This document shows positions 26,332-36,861 of a stretch of 64,000 nt of DNA, one piece after another. Numbering within the stretch: position 1 is the first letter of the stretch; each line of letters opens with the position of its first letter. Position numbers and translations under genes: made by a program. The notes under the pieces were generated by a model that searched no databases, was not told the DNA's origin, and saw only the letters and a list, made by a program, of their open reading frames with translations. The DNA lies in contig JBMOKQ010000043.1 in the NCBI GenBank assembly GCA_049324295.1, forward strand, positions 10,746 through 74,745. Direction: 5' to 3'. This stretch comes from Bacteroidota bacterium (GTDB lineage: Bacteria > Bacteroidota > Bacteroidia > Chitinophagales > Chitinophagaceae).

Positions 26332-26598
26332 ATGAAAATTCCTTTTGCTATCTTCCTGTCTTTGCTTTTCTGTTCTTGCGATCAAACAGGCCGCAAAACA
26401 GATGAACTTAACCGGCGTGTTACCCGCCTCGAGCAAAGAATGGATTCTTTAACCAATACCAAAACTGGAATTTCCGGCGACTATACCAATAAGGGAACCA
26501 TTACAGAAAATAGTCGTTGCCGGGGAATCACCAAAAAAAGAACACAGTGTAAGCGGAAAGCAAAAACCAATGGGTATTGCTGGCAGCATGGCGGGTGA
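26332..26598 (+). CDS. Small lipoprotein with C-terminal DUF5763-like Cys/His motif
   Basis: Lipobox LFCSC; C-terminal RCRGITKKRTQCKRK...YCWQH. Confidence 0.75.
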   Translation: MKIPFAIFLSLLFCSCDQTGRKTDELNRRVTRLEQRMDSLTNTKTGISGDYTNKGTITENSRCRGITKKRTQCKRKAKTNGYCWQHGG

Positions 26599-27241
26599 TT
26601 GATGGTTTCAATCCACCCATTGCATTCATTCAAAATTTTTTCTTTTAGCTTTTTTGCGCTATATAAAATTTTTTCATCGTACACCATCACCTGGTATACC
26701 ACAGGCTATGATAAGGAAAACCCTTACGGGGTACAAGGCAGAAACAAATTGTCATTCCAATAGTTTGGTAATAGCCAGTAAGTCTTCCGCAATTGGGTTA
26801 GCTCATTGTTCAACCCGGGGAGCGAAAGAGAAAGTCTCACAAGTAAAATGAAGCTGTTGAGAATACCTATTTCACTAAACACTTGATTTACAACGAAATA
26901 CGTTTAGTGTACCAGCCATTATTACACCTGTTTCCTGATCTGCTGAAACGCTGTCTGGTAAAGGGTTTGCAGATATTTTACCAATGTTAACACACAGTAA
27001 ATACACACTAAACACACAGTACAGCACATATTTTGTGTGATACTGTTTGTTTATACTGTTTTAATACTGTAGTAAACATATGTAAAACCACTCCTGATTG
27101 GAAACGCAACAAAATATGCTGTACTGAAAAACAGTATAGCCGGGATGCAGATAAAATAGCTTGTAAACAGGTCTCGCTTTGAGAGCAGCACTCTTTGCTG
27201 TGCTGAGAGGTTTTTTATTCGGCTAATAAACACAGTAACTT

Positions 27242-27583
27242 TTACAGTATCTCTTTCTCCAGCTTCTTTGCCAGATTTGTATTCCCCCAATTGGCCAGCT
27301 CATGTAACAATGGAATTAAACTCTTACCCGATTTGGTAAGCCGGTACTCCACCCTCGGAGGTAACTCTTTAAATTCCTCACGTTCAATCAATGACAATTC
27401 TTCCAGTTCTTTCAGCTCGTTTGATAATACCTTGTTGGAAATAGCAGGTATTAACTGGTTCAGCTTCCCAAAGCGCAGCGATTTGTTGCCAATACAGCTT
27501 AAAATAATAGGTTTCCATTTACCACCTATGATAGACATGGTTCTGGTTACGGGGCACTGAAAGGGGTTGGTAATAGATCGCAT
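27242..27583 (-). CDS. HxlR-family winged-helix regulator
   Basis: CPV...IIGGKWKPIIL, LSNELKELEE, PPRVEYRLT. Confidence 0.93.
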   Translation of the reverse strand: MRSITNPFQCPVTRTMSIIGGKWKPIILSCIGNKSLRFGKLNQLIPAISNKVLSNELKELEELSLIEREEFKELPPRVEYRLTKSGKSLIPLLHELANWGNTNLAKKLEKEIL

Positions 27584-27671
27584 AAAAAACTGGTTACCTG
27601 GAAGTTACTGGTATTCACTAATTCAGTTACAAAAATACACTATTGTGATTAGCTTTGTAAAAAAATCAACC

Positions 27672-28193
27672 ATGAAAAAATTATTTGCATTACTCACCGG
27701 TATCTTAATCATAACCAACATGCAGGCACAAAATTCAAATGAAGACATCGTTAAAGAATGGCAGCGTGCCAAAGCCTATACCAAAGAATATTTAGATGCC
27801 ATGCCTGAAACCGGTTATGGTTTTAAGCCAACCAAAGAAATGCGTTCATTCGCCGCGCAGTTGTTACACCTTAGCGACGCTATTTACGGATTTATTGCAG
27901 CCGCTACCGATGAGAAATCGCCGGTTGGTTTTGGTGAACTTGAAAAATCGAACGATGAAAACAAAACAAGTGTAACCAATAAAGTAATGGCTGCCTACGA
28001 TTTTGCGATTAATGCCATCAAAAAATATCCCAAACAAAACCTTGCACAAACGGTAAAACTGTTTAATCGCTTTGATATGAGCAGACAATCGGCTATTGAA
28101 AAATGTTTTGAACACCAAACACACCACAGGGGCCAGGCAACAGTTTATTTAAGACTAGCCGGAGCTACACCACCCGCAGAAAAATTATTCTAA
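27672..28193 (+). CDS. DinB family protein (exported)
   Basis: Signal peptide from ATG 27672; FKPT.EMRSFAAQLLH, EHQTHHRGQ metal-binding His motif. Confidence 0.9.
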   Translation: MKKLFALLTGILIITNMQAQNSNEDIVKEWQRAKAYTKEYLDAMPETGYGFKPTKEMRSFAAQLLHLSDAIYGFIAAATDEKSPVGFGELEKSNDENKTSVTNKVMAAYDFAINAIKKYPKQNLAQTVKLFNRFDMSRQSAIEKCFEHQTHHRGQATVYLRLAGATPPAEKLF

Positions 28194-28232
28194 AGCTGTA
28201 TGAGTAAAAAACCGTACATCAACAAGTGAATC

Positions 28233-29015
28233 ATGAAAATCCTGAAATCAATTTTACTCATCTGTAGCATACTAAGTGTAACAGCAGCAACCTATTCCCA
28301 GTCGGCAGGTAAGGAATCTGCAAAATGGAAAAGACTGAGCCTGGGAAAACAGGCTTTTGAATTACACAATGTAACAGGTGAAATCATAAAATTTCAGGGT
28401 AAGGAAGTCTTGAAAATTGAAAGAGATTTAAAAGCCATTCCCTTCGACTCCAATAACATTGAAAAAACAGTCGATGAGCCGCATTATGCGCTACTGGTTA
28501 ATGTAGACGATTTTGAAAATGGTACCATTGAAGTGAAAATGTATAGCCAGCTTCAAAACCCGGCCCCTTATTCCGGTATTGCCGGGTTTATTGGAATCTT
28601 TTTTAGAATTAAAGCAGATGATGCAGCAATGGAAGGTATTTATGTACGACCTAAAGTGGGCAGACATACCAACCAGTTGTTTAGAAATCATGCCGTTCAA
28701 TACATGTCGTACCCACATGCCAAGTTCGATACTTTACGCAAAACAGCGCCATTCAAATATGAAGGTTCAGCCCCGGTGGCATTGAATGAATGGATTGCGA
28801 TGCGGATTGAGGTAAATGGTGAAACTGCTGAAATGTTTATCAATAACATGAAGTATTCCAGTTTCATAGTAGATAAAATGCTGGGTAAGCATAAAACCGG
28901 TGGAATTGGACTTTACGTTGATATAGGAACCATTGGTTACTTCAAAGATGTAAAAGTTACCAAACGAATATTAAAAGCTAAGCCGAAAACCGGTGAGAAA
29001 GTAAGTTCGATTTAA
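28233..29015 (+). CDS. Exported DUF1080/GH16-like beta-sandwich protein
   Basis: Signal peptide; FENGTIEVKM, W..MRIEV.G, GGIGLYVDIGT..YFKDVKV. Confidence 0.65.
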   Translation: MKILKSILLICSILSVTAATYSQSAGKESAKWKRLSLGKQAFELHNVTGEIIKFQGKEVLKIERDLKAIPFDSNNIEKTVDEPHYALLVNVDDFENGTIEVKMYSQLQNPAPYSGIAGFIGIFFRIKADDAAMEGIYVRPKVGRHTNQLFRNHAVQYMSYPHAKFDTLRKTAPFKYEGSAPVALNEWIAMRIEVNGETAEMFINNMKYSSFIVDKMLGKHKTGGIGLYVDIGTIGYFKDVKVTKRILKAKPKTGEKVSSI

Positions 29016-29045
29016 TAAGAATTGAGCCTTTCGTTAATAAATAGT

Positions 29046-29076
29046 AGAGCCCTTCGCAAAATGTGAAGGGTTTTTT
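29046..29076 (+). terminator. Intrinsic terminator sharing a 16-mer with the tRNA-Asn terminator
   Basis: AGAGCCCTTCGCAAAATGTGAAGGGTTTTTT. Confidence 0.85.
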
Positions 29077-29222
29077 ATGTGTAGGCTACAAACAACGGCA
29101 GGAGATTGTTGATTAAGCATCAGGTCTGTTAACCTGAAGAAGTATTGTCATCTCAGTTTTCCTTTCTTGCATCACCCTCTTTTGAAAATACTTTATTAAA
29201 TTGAAGTCAAACCACTCTGCAT

Positions 29223-31646
29223 ATGCGAAAGATTGCATTACTCAGTCACCTGTTGATTCTTATTATCGTTTCATGCACAACAGTTACAGCTCAGAAAAAA
29301 ACAACAACCCAGGTAAAAGGATTAAAAGCAACCGTTGAGATATGGCGGGATGAATGGGGTATGAATCATATTTATGCAAAAAACCAATATGACCTGTTTT
29401 TTGCACAGGGTTACTGTGCAGCCAAAGACAGGCTTTTTCAGTTTGAAATATGGCGCAGACAGGCAACAGGAACCGTTGCTGAAATATTGGGTGAACGCGA
29501 ACTCAAAAGAGATATTGGTACCAGGCTGTTTAAATTCAGGGGTAATATGGATAAAGAGTTGAACTATTATCACCCACAGGGAAAAGAAATTATCAATGCT
29601 TATGTAGCCGGCGTAAATACCTATATCAGGGAAGTCAATCAAACTCCAGCACAATTGCCAATAGAGTTTAAACTACTCAACATTAAACCCAAAGAATGGA
29701 CGCCTGAAGTAGTAATATCCAGGCACCAGGGTCTGCTTGGAAATGTTACACAGGAACTCAATATTGCACTGGCTATTCAAAAAGTGGGTGTAGAGAAAGT
29801 AAAAGAGATGATGTGGTTTCATCCGAAAGAACCCAACCTGAAAATGGACAGCAGCATTCGTATTGATCTTTTATCAGCTCAATTGCTCGAACTATACAAT
29901 GCTTATCGCAAAGATGTAACATTCATGAAAGAAGACCTGGTAAATCCGGTAACTGAAGCGGCCGCTTTATTGAATCAGGCAACTATTAAAAGAGAGAAAG
30001 AAGCGTTTGAGTTGAACCCAACCACAGATGGAAGTAATAACTGGATTGTGAGTGGTAAAAAATCGGCCAGTGGTTATCCATTATTGGCGAATGACCCGCA
30101 TCGTAAAATAGCAGCACCATCATTAAGATATATGGTACACTTATCGGCACCCGGTTGGAATGTAGTTGGTGGTGGAGAACCGGTAATTCCCGGTGTTTCT
30201 ATCGGGCATAATGAATATGGTGCATGGGGACTTACTATCTACGAAACCGATGGTGAAGATTTGTATGTGTACGACCTGAATCCGGCTAATTTGAAGCAAT
30301 ACAAACACAAGGGAAAGTGGGTTGATATGAAGATGATTGAAGAAAAGATAAACATAAAAAATGCACCTCCTGTTACAGCTAAATTATATTACACATTGCA
30401 TGGCCCTGTTACATTTATTGATTCGGTTCATCATAAAGCCTATGCTGTTAAATGTGCATGGATGGAGCCGGGAGGCGCTCCCTATCTTGCTTCACTGAGA
30501 ATTGACCAGGCAACTGACTGGACATCATTCAGAGAAGCCTGCTCATATAGTCATATACCGGGAGAGAATATGATATGGGCAGATAAAAAAGGAAATATTG
30601 GCTGGCAAACAGTAGGTATTGTTCCTGTGAGAAAAAACTTCAGCGGCTATGTACCCATACCCGGTGATGGCCGTTTTGAATGGGATAATTATTTACCTAT
30701 TAAAGAACGCCCGCACATACTTAACCCGGAACAGGGATATTTTGCAACTGCGAATCAAAATGTAACCCCGGCTTCCTATAAAAGATGGGATGCAGTAGGT
30801 TATACCTGGGCAGATGCCTACAGGGGCAACAGGGTGAACCAGGTATTGAGCCAGGATAAAAAATTTACGCTTGAAGAAATGGCCCAGTTACAAAACGATT
30901 ATTTCTCTATTCCTGCAAGTGAACTGGTTCCCTTACTTAAAACAGTTACACTGACGGATGAGGCATCAATTGCAGCAAAAAAATACTTCGATCAATGGAA
31001 CTATATATTAGGTATGGAAAGTATAACAGCGGCTATTTACGCCCAGTGGGAAAGACAAATTTATCTTCAGGCAGGAACCACATTTATACCAGTTGCGGCA
31101 AGAGGATTAATCAGTTTACAATTAACCACTATTATCAAAATGCTCAAATCGCCCGCACAATATTTTAAAGAAACCGGTAAATCTTCGGAACAGTTAAGAG
31201 ATGCATTTCTGGCGACTACATTTAAAGATGCGGTGGCAGCTTTAAAAATGAGACTGGGTTCAGATATGAGCAAATGGCAATATGGGCAACCAAAATTTAA
31301 ACATGCATTGATCCGGCATCCATTATCTGCTTTTGTAGATATAGAGCTACGAAATAAATTAGATCATGGGCCAATGCCCAGAGGAGGTAATGGACACACA
31401 CCCGGAGCCAATGGCGGAATTGACAACCAATTGAGTGGTGCCAGTTTTAGGATGGTGGCAGATACAAAAGATTGGGACAAGACACTTATGATCAATACAC
31501 CCGGGCAATCGGGCGATCCGGAAAGCCCTTACTATCGTAACTTATTTGAAAAATGGGCAAAGGATCTATTCTTCCCATCTTATTTTTCAAAAACCAAAAT
31601 ACTTCAGCATACAAAAGAAATTTCGCTGTTAAAACCCGTTCAGTAA
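29223..31646 (+). CDS. Penicillin acylase family Ntn-hydrolase
   Basis: IWRDEWGMNHIYA, AKDRLFQ, GSNNW nucleophile, LANDPH, TPGQSGDPESPYY. Confidence 0.94.
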   Translation: MRKIALLSHLLILIIVSCTTVTAQKKTTTQVKGLKATVEIWRDEWGMNHIYAKNQYDLFFAQGYCAAKDRLFQFEIWRRQATGTVAEILGERELKRDIGTRLFKFRGNMDKELNYYHPQGKEIINAYVAGVNTYIREVNQTPAQLPIEFKLLNIKPKEWTPEVVISRHQGLLGNVTQELNIALAIQKVGVEKVKEMMWFHPKEPNLKMDSSIRIDLLSAQLLELYNAYRKDVTFMKEDLVNPVTEAAALLNQATIKREKEAFELNPTTDGSNNWIVSGKKSASGYPLLANDPHRKIAAPSLRYMVHLSAPGWNVVGGGEPVIPGVSIGHNEYGAWGLTIYETDGEDLYVYDLNPANLKQYKHKGKWVDMKMIEEKINIKNAPPVTAKLYYTLHGPVTFIDSVHHKAYAVKCAWMEPGGAPYLASLRIDQATDWTSFREACSYSHIPGENMIWADKKGNIGWQTVGIVPVRKNFSGYVPIPGDGRFEWDNYLPIKERPHILNPEQGYFATANQNVTPASYKRWDAVGYTWADAYRGNRVNQVLSQDKKFTLEEMAQLQNDYFSIPASELVPLLKTVTLTDEASIAAKKYFDQWNYILGMESITAAIYAQWERQIYLQAGTTFIPVAARGLISLQLTTIIKMLKSPAQYFKETGKSSEQLRDAFLATTFKDAVAALKMRLGSDMSKWQYGQPKFKHALIRHPLSAFVDIELRNKLDHGPMPRGGNGHTPGANGGIDNQLSGASFRMVADTKDWDKTLMINTPGQSGDPESPYYRNLFEKWAKDLFFPSYFSKTKILQHTKEISLLKPVQ

Positions 31647-32077
31647 ATGAAATAAATGGTGAGTATACAATAAGGGTCGGCGCATCGCAAAGCATAGATG
31701 ATAAATCCGGGTTGAATCCATATTTAATTTTAAATGAAAGTTTAGTCACGCTTTCTTATAGCTATTATTTTCGTCCATACAGCGCTACCAGTAACCCTGG
31801 TTTTTTCTGTAGTTATTCTTATACATTCAATCCAATGTATATTGATACTATATGGGCACCAAATAATGGGTTAATGAGTGTTTGGTTGAAAAGAAGTAAC
31901 GGAAAAATTGTGACTACCTGTTCGCAGTATCATACAAACCTGAACAAAAACACAAATACCGGTTTAGTTAGTTGGCCCGTACCGATAAATGAGGCGGATT
32001 ATGCCAATAAAATTCGCAAAGCATTACTTCACCTCAGAGATTTGTTAAAAGCAGAAGATGATCCGTTCGGCGGTTAA
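31553..32077 (+). CDS. Hypothetical protein; start uncertain, possibly a 5'-truncated fragment
   Basis: Open frame overlapping the acylase 3' end by about 90 nt, with no good start codon after 31646. Confidence 0.35.
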   Translation: MGKGSILPILFFKNQNTSAYKRNFAVKTRSVNEINGEYTIRVGASQSIDDKSGLNPYLILNESLVTLSYSYYFRPYSATSNPGFFCSYSYTFNPMYIDTIWAPNNGLMSVWLKRSNGKIVTTCSQYHTNLNKNTNTGLVSWPVPINEADYANKIRKALLHLRDLLKAEDDPFGG

Positions 32078-32279
32078 CAAAACAAGTTTGATTTAATTGC
32101 AACAATCTGCTTTATCAATAAAGAGAGTAAACCTTTCACAACCATGTAAAAGTTTTTTTGTTAGCCGGTTTAACAGGCAGAACAGCAAAGCATTTTTAGC
32201 GTGTCAATAATTTTATTTATTTTTCACTCACTGCACCTGATCAAAATGCAGATTAATGTAAAGCCTAAATAAGCATCAT

Positions 32280-32990
32280 ATGCGTATCTGGTTCAGATTG
32301 ACTTTTATTGGTACACTTTTTTTCTCCGCCTGCACATCCTCTCCAAACCAGCTTAGCAATGAAGAGAAAAGACAAGGCTGGATATTATTATTCGATGGTA
32401 AAACCACCAAAGGCTGGCACGGCTATAACAAAGAAAGTGTACCCGCTGTATGGCTTGCCAAAGATGGCGAACTGCAATGCGATCCAGCTAAAAGAACAGA
32501 ACCTGAAGTAACCGATCTGGTGACAGATCATGCATATGAAAACTATGAATTACAGTTTGAGTGGAAAATAAGTGAAGGAGGCAATAGTGGTGTATTCATT
32601 AATGTGCAGGAGAAAAAAGAATTAATGGCATCCTGGATGACCGGACCGGAATACCAGTTATTGGAGAAAGCACATGTTGATTTTGATAAACCCGAGAAAA
32701 AACCGGGAAGTCTTTATGCATTTACCAAAGAACCTGCAACAGTAACACACAAACAACCGGGAGAATGGAACCAGTCAAAAATTAAACAGGTAAATGGCGT
32801 GATTGAATTTTACCTGAACGGGATACTTACTGCCAAACAGGATCTGACATCTTTAAACTGGAAAGAAGCTGTGGCGCAAACTCATTTCAAAGCATATCCT
32901 GAATTTGGTGTAGCCACTAAAGGGCACATTGCATTGCAGGACTGGCAAAAACCCGTGTCGTTCCGAAATATTAAACTCCTGCCTTTATAA
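32280..32990 (+). CDS. DUF1080 (3-keto-disaccharide hydrolase family) lipoprotein
   Basis: Lipobox FSAC; GWILLFDGKT..GW, NSGVF, GPEYQLL, GSLY, GHIALQD, FRNIK. Confidence 0.93.
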   Translation: MRIWFRLTFIGTLFFSACTSSPNQLSNEEKRQGWILLFDGKTTKGWHGYNKESVPAVWLAKDGELQCDPAKRTEPEVTDLVTDHAYENYELQFEWKISEGGNSGVFINVQEKKELMASWMTGPEYQLLEKAHVDFDKPEKKPGSLYAFTKEPATVTHKQPGEWNQSKIKQVNGVIEFYLNGILTAKQDLTSLNWKEAVAQTHFKAYPEFGVATKGHIALQDWQKPVSFRNIKLLPL

Positions 32991-33010
32991 GATGTCATGA
33001 GGTTTTTCAT

Positions 33011-33117
33011 CGCAGAGATGTGGAGGGGAGAGTATGGAACACAGATTTTCATGATTGTCAAGATCTATCATGATAAATCATCCTAACCATGAAAATCCGT
33101 GTTCTATTCATACGCTT
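33011..33117. repeat. Palindromic dispersed repeat, copy A
   Basis: GAACACAGATTTTCATGAT / CATGAAAATCCGTGTTC arms; homologous to 59786-59892. Confidence 0.8.
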
Positions 33118-33161
33118 TGAATAACCCTGTAGCTTGAAACTTGTGGCTTACTGCTTCTCCC

Positions 33162-34205
33162 CTAACTTTCTTCATCAAAGTAGAGTTTGTAATAATGTTT
33201 ACCACTCATTTCATCGTACCCTTTTTCAATCAGGTCTTTTCTGCCATGGATATAAATGTGAAAGTTTTTGTCGAGTTTTAATACACTTTTAAAAACACGC
33301 TGCTGTTTTTTTACAGCCGCCATGTGAATATCGAAATTGTCTTCAATATTTACCTGCCTGGCCACTTCGTATTGCTGTTTGTATTGGGTAAAACTATTGA
33401 TTACTTCAGGATGGTGTAAAACCTCTTCCGCGAACTCATTCATGTTGAATGATTCTTTTGTGCTGAAATATTCAAGGCTACGGTTCAGGTAATCAATCTG
33501 CTCACTTTTGTTCACTTCAAATTTTTCATTCAGTTCATTGCTGATGAATAATTTACACATACCCAGTGCATCATTGGTATGATGGTAACTGTTGGCGGTT
33601 CTGCTAACCTGTAAAAAATCGGAAACCCAGTATTGTGTGTCCTGTTTATTGGTATTGTCAACCACGCATACGACATAACCTTCATCCCTGTTCTTTTTAA
33701 AGATCAGACAACCCTTATCGAGCTTGTTGATGTTTACACCGTCTTCAGCAATTACTTCCCAGCTTTGTCCATGCGGAAATACTTTTAAAAAAGTTTCCTT
33801 GGTTTCGCTTTTAAATAAACCGATGGCATCCACATATTCAGTACCAAAAGGCACATTGCTGAAACGGGTAACATATAGTTCTCCTTCTTTAACCCTGGCA
33901 TGGGTACTTTTCTGGTATAAAAAAGAAGCCAGCAGAGCCGATTGCGACACAAAACTTTTCGGGTCATCAAAAATACCGTTTACATACTGGTAAACCTCAT
34001 TCAGTTCGAGGCTGCTGATATGGGTAAACTGGTATTGTTCATGTTCATTAAAGGGAGAAAGAAAATATTTTGTCAGTAATACCCTTACCATCTCATCGTT
34101 AAGGGTTAAAGGGTTAACGGAAAGTTTTAGTTCTTCTCCACGGGTGGGATTACCCACTTTATGTAGGATTGCCTGTTCTAAAACTACACTGTTGATCTGG
34201 CTCAT
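33162..34205 (-). CDS. Nucleoid-associated protein (YejK/NdpA family)
   Basis: ILHKVGN, GLFKSETKETFL, NKLDKGCLIF, YWVSDFL, LKLDKNFHIYIHG. Confidence 0.85.
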   Translation of the reverse strand: MSQINSVVLEQAILHKVGNPTRGEELKLSVNPLTLNDEMVRVLLTKYFLSPFNEHEQYQFTHISSLELNEVYQYVNGIFDDPKSFVSQSALLASFLYQKSTHARVKEGELYVTRFSNVPFGTEYVDAIGLFKSETKETFLKVFPHGQSWEVIAEDGVNINKLDKGCLIFKKNRDEGYVVCVVDNTNKQDTQYWVSDFLQVSRTANSYHHTNDALGMCKLFISNELNEKFEVNKSEQIDYLNRSLEYFSTKESFNMNEFAEEVLHHPEVINSFTQYKQQYEVARQVNIEDNFDIHMAAVKKQQRVFKSVLKLDKNFHIYIHGRKDLIEKGYDEMSGKHYYKLYFDEES

Positions 34206-34419
34206 GTCGCAAAATAAAACTTCTGCGGCAGTTGGAGAACTGTTGGTAATGTAAATAGGATGATAGCCACAAATGCACAGAATAAATGGTGAAATACCTG
34301 TTTCTCCGGGCTACCGCATACCGGTTCACTAATTTTTTCGCATTTCGTTAATCGGTTTTCTTTTTTCGTAAAGAGTAATGTCCGGTTTGATATCTCTTTG
34401 CACCTTATCTAAAACAAGT

Positions 34420-36663
34420 ATGATGCGCAGATTACAGCTAAGTCTATTGATGGGTATAATAGCTTTACAGTCAATGGCACAGGAAAAGACGAGTCAGACA
34501 AAAACAGACAGTTCTTTTTTTCAACCCAAATTTTTACCGGATATTACCCTGGTGGGCAGGTATACCAGGGCCGATATACATTTTTTGCCGGAAATAGTAG
34601 GAACCACCATTAATGCCGGTAAAAAGAATGCATTGATTATGATGGACAATGTTCAGGGTAATGTAGTAACCAATACCATGCGCCAGGTAATGGCAAAAGT
34701 ACCTGGTATACAGATATGGGAAAGTGATCCGAGTGGTATACAAATTGGTATTGCCGCCCGTGGACTGAGCCCGAACAGGAGCTGGGAGTTCAATCTTCGA
34801 CAGAATGGATATGATATCAGCAGTGACCCTTTCGGATATCCGGAAGCTTATTATACTCCACAGTTAAACGCTGTACAACGTGTACAGGTTTTGCGGGGAG
34901 CAGCCAGTTTGCAATATGGCCCGCAATTTGGGGGTATGGTAAACTTTATCATGAAGGATGGCAGTGAAATCAATAAACCCTTTCAATACGAATCACAACA
35001 AACGGCAGGTAGCTTCGGCTTGTTCAACTCCTACAATGCCATTGGGGGTGAGAATGGAAAAACACATTATTATGCTTTCTGGGATCACCGCCGTGGAGAT
35101 GGCTTCCGTGCGAACAGTGGTTTTGAAGTGAATACGGCATTTGGAAATTTTTCCTGGAAAATCAATCCGAAACTAAAACTGGGACTGGAAATTACCCATT
35201 TCAATTACCTGAGTCAGCAACCCGGTGGATTAACGGATGCACAGTTTGAAGTGGATGCTTACCGAAGCCTTCGGCAGCGTAACTGGTTTGAAGTGAAATG
35301 GAATATGGCGGCACTTAATATGGATTATACCATCAGCGAAAAGAGCAGGTTGAATATAAAAGCTTTTGGAATGATTGGTAAGCGAAACAGTGTAGGCTAT
35401 TTACAAACACCCAATATTGCCGACAGCATCAACGCAGCTACCTCACAATACAATAACAGACGAGTTGATGCCGATGAATACCGGAATATGGGTGTAGAAG
35501 CCCGTTATATTACCGATTACCGTTTGGGTAAAATGAAGCATACATTATCTGCAGGTCTTCGTTATTTCAGAGGTAATACTAACCGTTTTCAGAATGGAAG
35601 AGGAGACAATGGCGCGGGTTATAATATGTTTATTTCAGGACCCTACCCTACAGCACTTGATTTTACTACCGGCAATTCGGCTTTTTTTGCAGAGAACCTG
35701 TTCCGTTTAAACGAGAAACTGATCATTATACCGGGTATTCGTGTTGAAAATATTAACAATGGAGCAAATGGCAGGGTGAATTTAACAGGCAGTACAGAAG
35801 TAAAAATCAGTAACCAGGATAAAACAAGGCGATTTGTTTTGCCGGGTGTAGGTGCCGAATACCATATTGGTGGAACAGAGATTTATGCCAATTATTCGCA
35901 GGCATACAGACCTGTACTGTTCAGCGACCTCACTTCAAATCCAACTACTGACGTAATAGACCAGAACCTTAAAGATGCGAAAGGGTACAATATAGACCTT
36001 GGTTATCGTGGCCGTATTAAAGACTACCTGTTTTTTGATGTAAGCGGGTACCTGTTACAGTATAATAACAGGATTGGATTGATTGCACAACAACGTACCA
36101 ATGGTAGTTTCTACAACCTGCGTACCAATGTAGGAAACAGCCGCAGTACAGGAGTGGAAGCACTGGTAGAATTTAGTCCTTTGAAATTATGGTCAGCTAA
36201 CCCTGCTGCGGGAAATATTACGCTATTTGCCTCAGTCGCCTATATCCGTGCGCGTTACGATAACCTGCGAGTGATTGTGAAACAGGGCAATAGCCTGGTT
36301 GAAACCAACCTGAAGAACAAACAGGTAGAAAATGCACCCAAACAGATATACCGTTTAGGTATTACTTACAGCAAAAAGGCACTCACTGTTACTGCACAAT
36401 ATAATTATGTATCGGATGCATTCAGTGATGCGAATAATACGGTAACTCCTACTACAGACGGTGTGAATGGTTTGATACCTGCTTATGATGTACTCGATAT
36501 CAGCGGAACCTATAAATTCAGTGAACAATTCTTTTTGAAAGGAGGGATTAATAATCTGCTGCAAGAAAAATATTTCACCAGAAGAGCAGGTGGCTATCCT
36601 GGTCCCGGCCTGATGACCTCAGAACCACGTAATTTCTTTTTGACCCTAGGTGTAAAATTATAA
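34420..36663 (+). CDS. TonB-dependent receptor, FecA-like
   Basis: Plug with RGLSPNRS, RVQVLRGAASLQYGPQFGGMVNF; C-terminal GINNLLQEKYF...PRNFFLTLGVKL; ORF open from 34378. Confidence 0.93.
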   Translation: MMRRLQLSLLMGIIALQSMAQEKTSQTKTDSSFFQPKFLPDITLVGRYTRADIHFLPEIVGTTINAGKKNALIMMDNVQGNVVTNTMRQVMAKVPGIQIWESDPSGIQIGIAARGLSPNRSWEFNLRQNGYDISSDPFGYPEAYYTPQLNAVQRVQVLRGAASLQYGPQFGGMVNFIMKDGSEINKPFQYESQQTAGSFGLFNSYNAIGGENGKTHYYAFWDHRRGDGFRANSGFEVNTAFGNFSWKINPKLKLGLEITHFNYLSQQPGGLTDAQFEVDAYRSLRQRNWFEVKWNMAALNMDYTISEKSRLNIKAFGMIGKRNSVGYLQTPNIADSINAATSQYNNRRVDADEYRNMGVEARYITDYRLGKMKHTLSAGLRYFRGNTNRFQNGRGDNGAGYNMFISGPYPTALDFTTGNSAFFAENLFRLNEKLIIIPGIRVENINNGANGRVNLTGSTEVKISNQDKTRRFVLPGVGAEYHIGGTEIYANYSQAYRPVLFSDLTSNPTTDVIDQNLKDAKGYNIDLGYRGRIKDYLFFDVSGYLLQYNNRIGLIAQQRTNGSFYNLRTNVGNSRSTGVEALVEFSPLKLWSANPAAGNITLFASVAYIRARYDNLRVIVKQGNSLVETNLKNKQVENAPKQIYRLGITYSKKALTVTAQYNYVSDAFSDANNTVTPTTDGVNGLIPAYDVLDISGTYKFSEQFFLKGGINNLLQEKYFTRRAGGYPGPGLMTSEPRNFFLTLGVKL

Positions 36664-36694
36664 TAGTAAAATACCATCGGTCTCACACATCACA

Positions 36695-36728
36695 ACAGGA
36701 ATAGGGAAATACAATAACCTATTCCTGT
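36695..36728 (+). terminator. Hairpin/terminator after the TonB receptor
   Basis: ACAGGAATAGG...CCTATTCCTGT. Confidence 0.55.
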
Positions 36729-36738
36729 ATTACAATAT

Positions 36739-36843
36739 AAGTACCCCGTAAGAATTAAATGTAAACAATAGCACAACAGGTACGGATAGCTTATACTCTA
36801 TTTTTTGAAAAGGAAGGGATAATTTAATTCTTACGGGGTATTT
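36739..36843. mobile_element. MITE-like element, copy 1 (~105 bp, ~22-bp terminal inverted repeats)
   Basis: AAGTACCCCGTAAGAATTAAAT...ATTTAATTCTTACGGGGTATTT. Confidence 0.65.
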
Positions 36844-36861
36844 ATTTAAAGCAATCTTCTC

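Noticed and set aside
26600-27290. Short ORFs and possible mobile-element end (ACAC-rich tract near 26990-27030)
   Set aside because: No recognisable protein motif, integrase or matching partner end; too weak to call.
29223-31646. Calling the acylase an AHL quorum-quenching enzyme linked to the peptide module
   Set aside because: Family membership does not determine substrate, and nothing in the sequence links it to the module.
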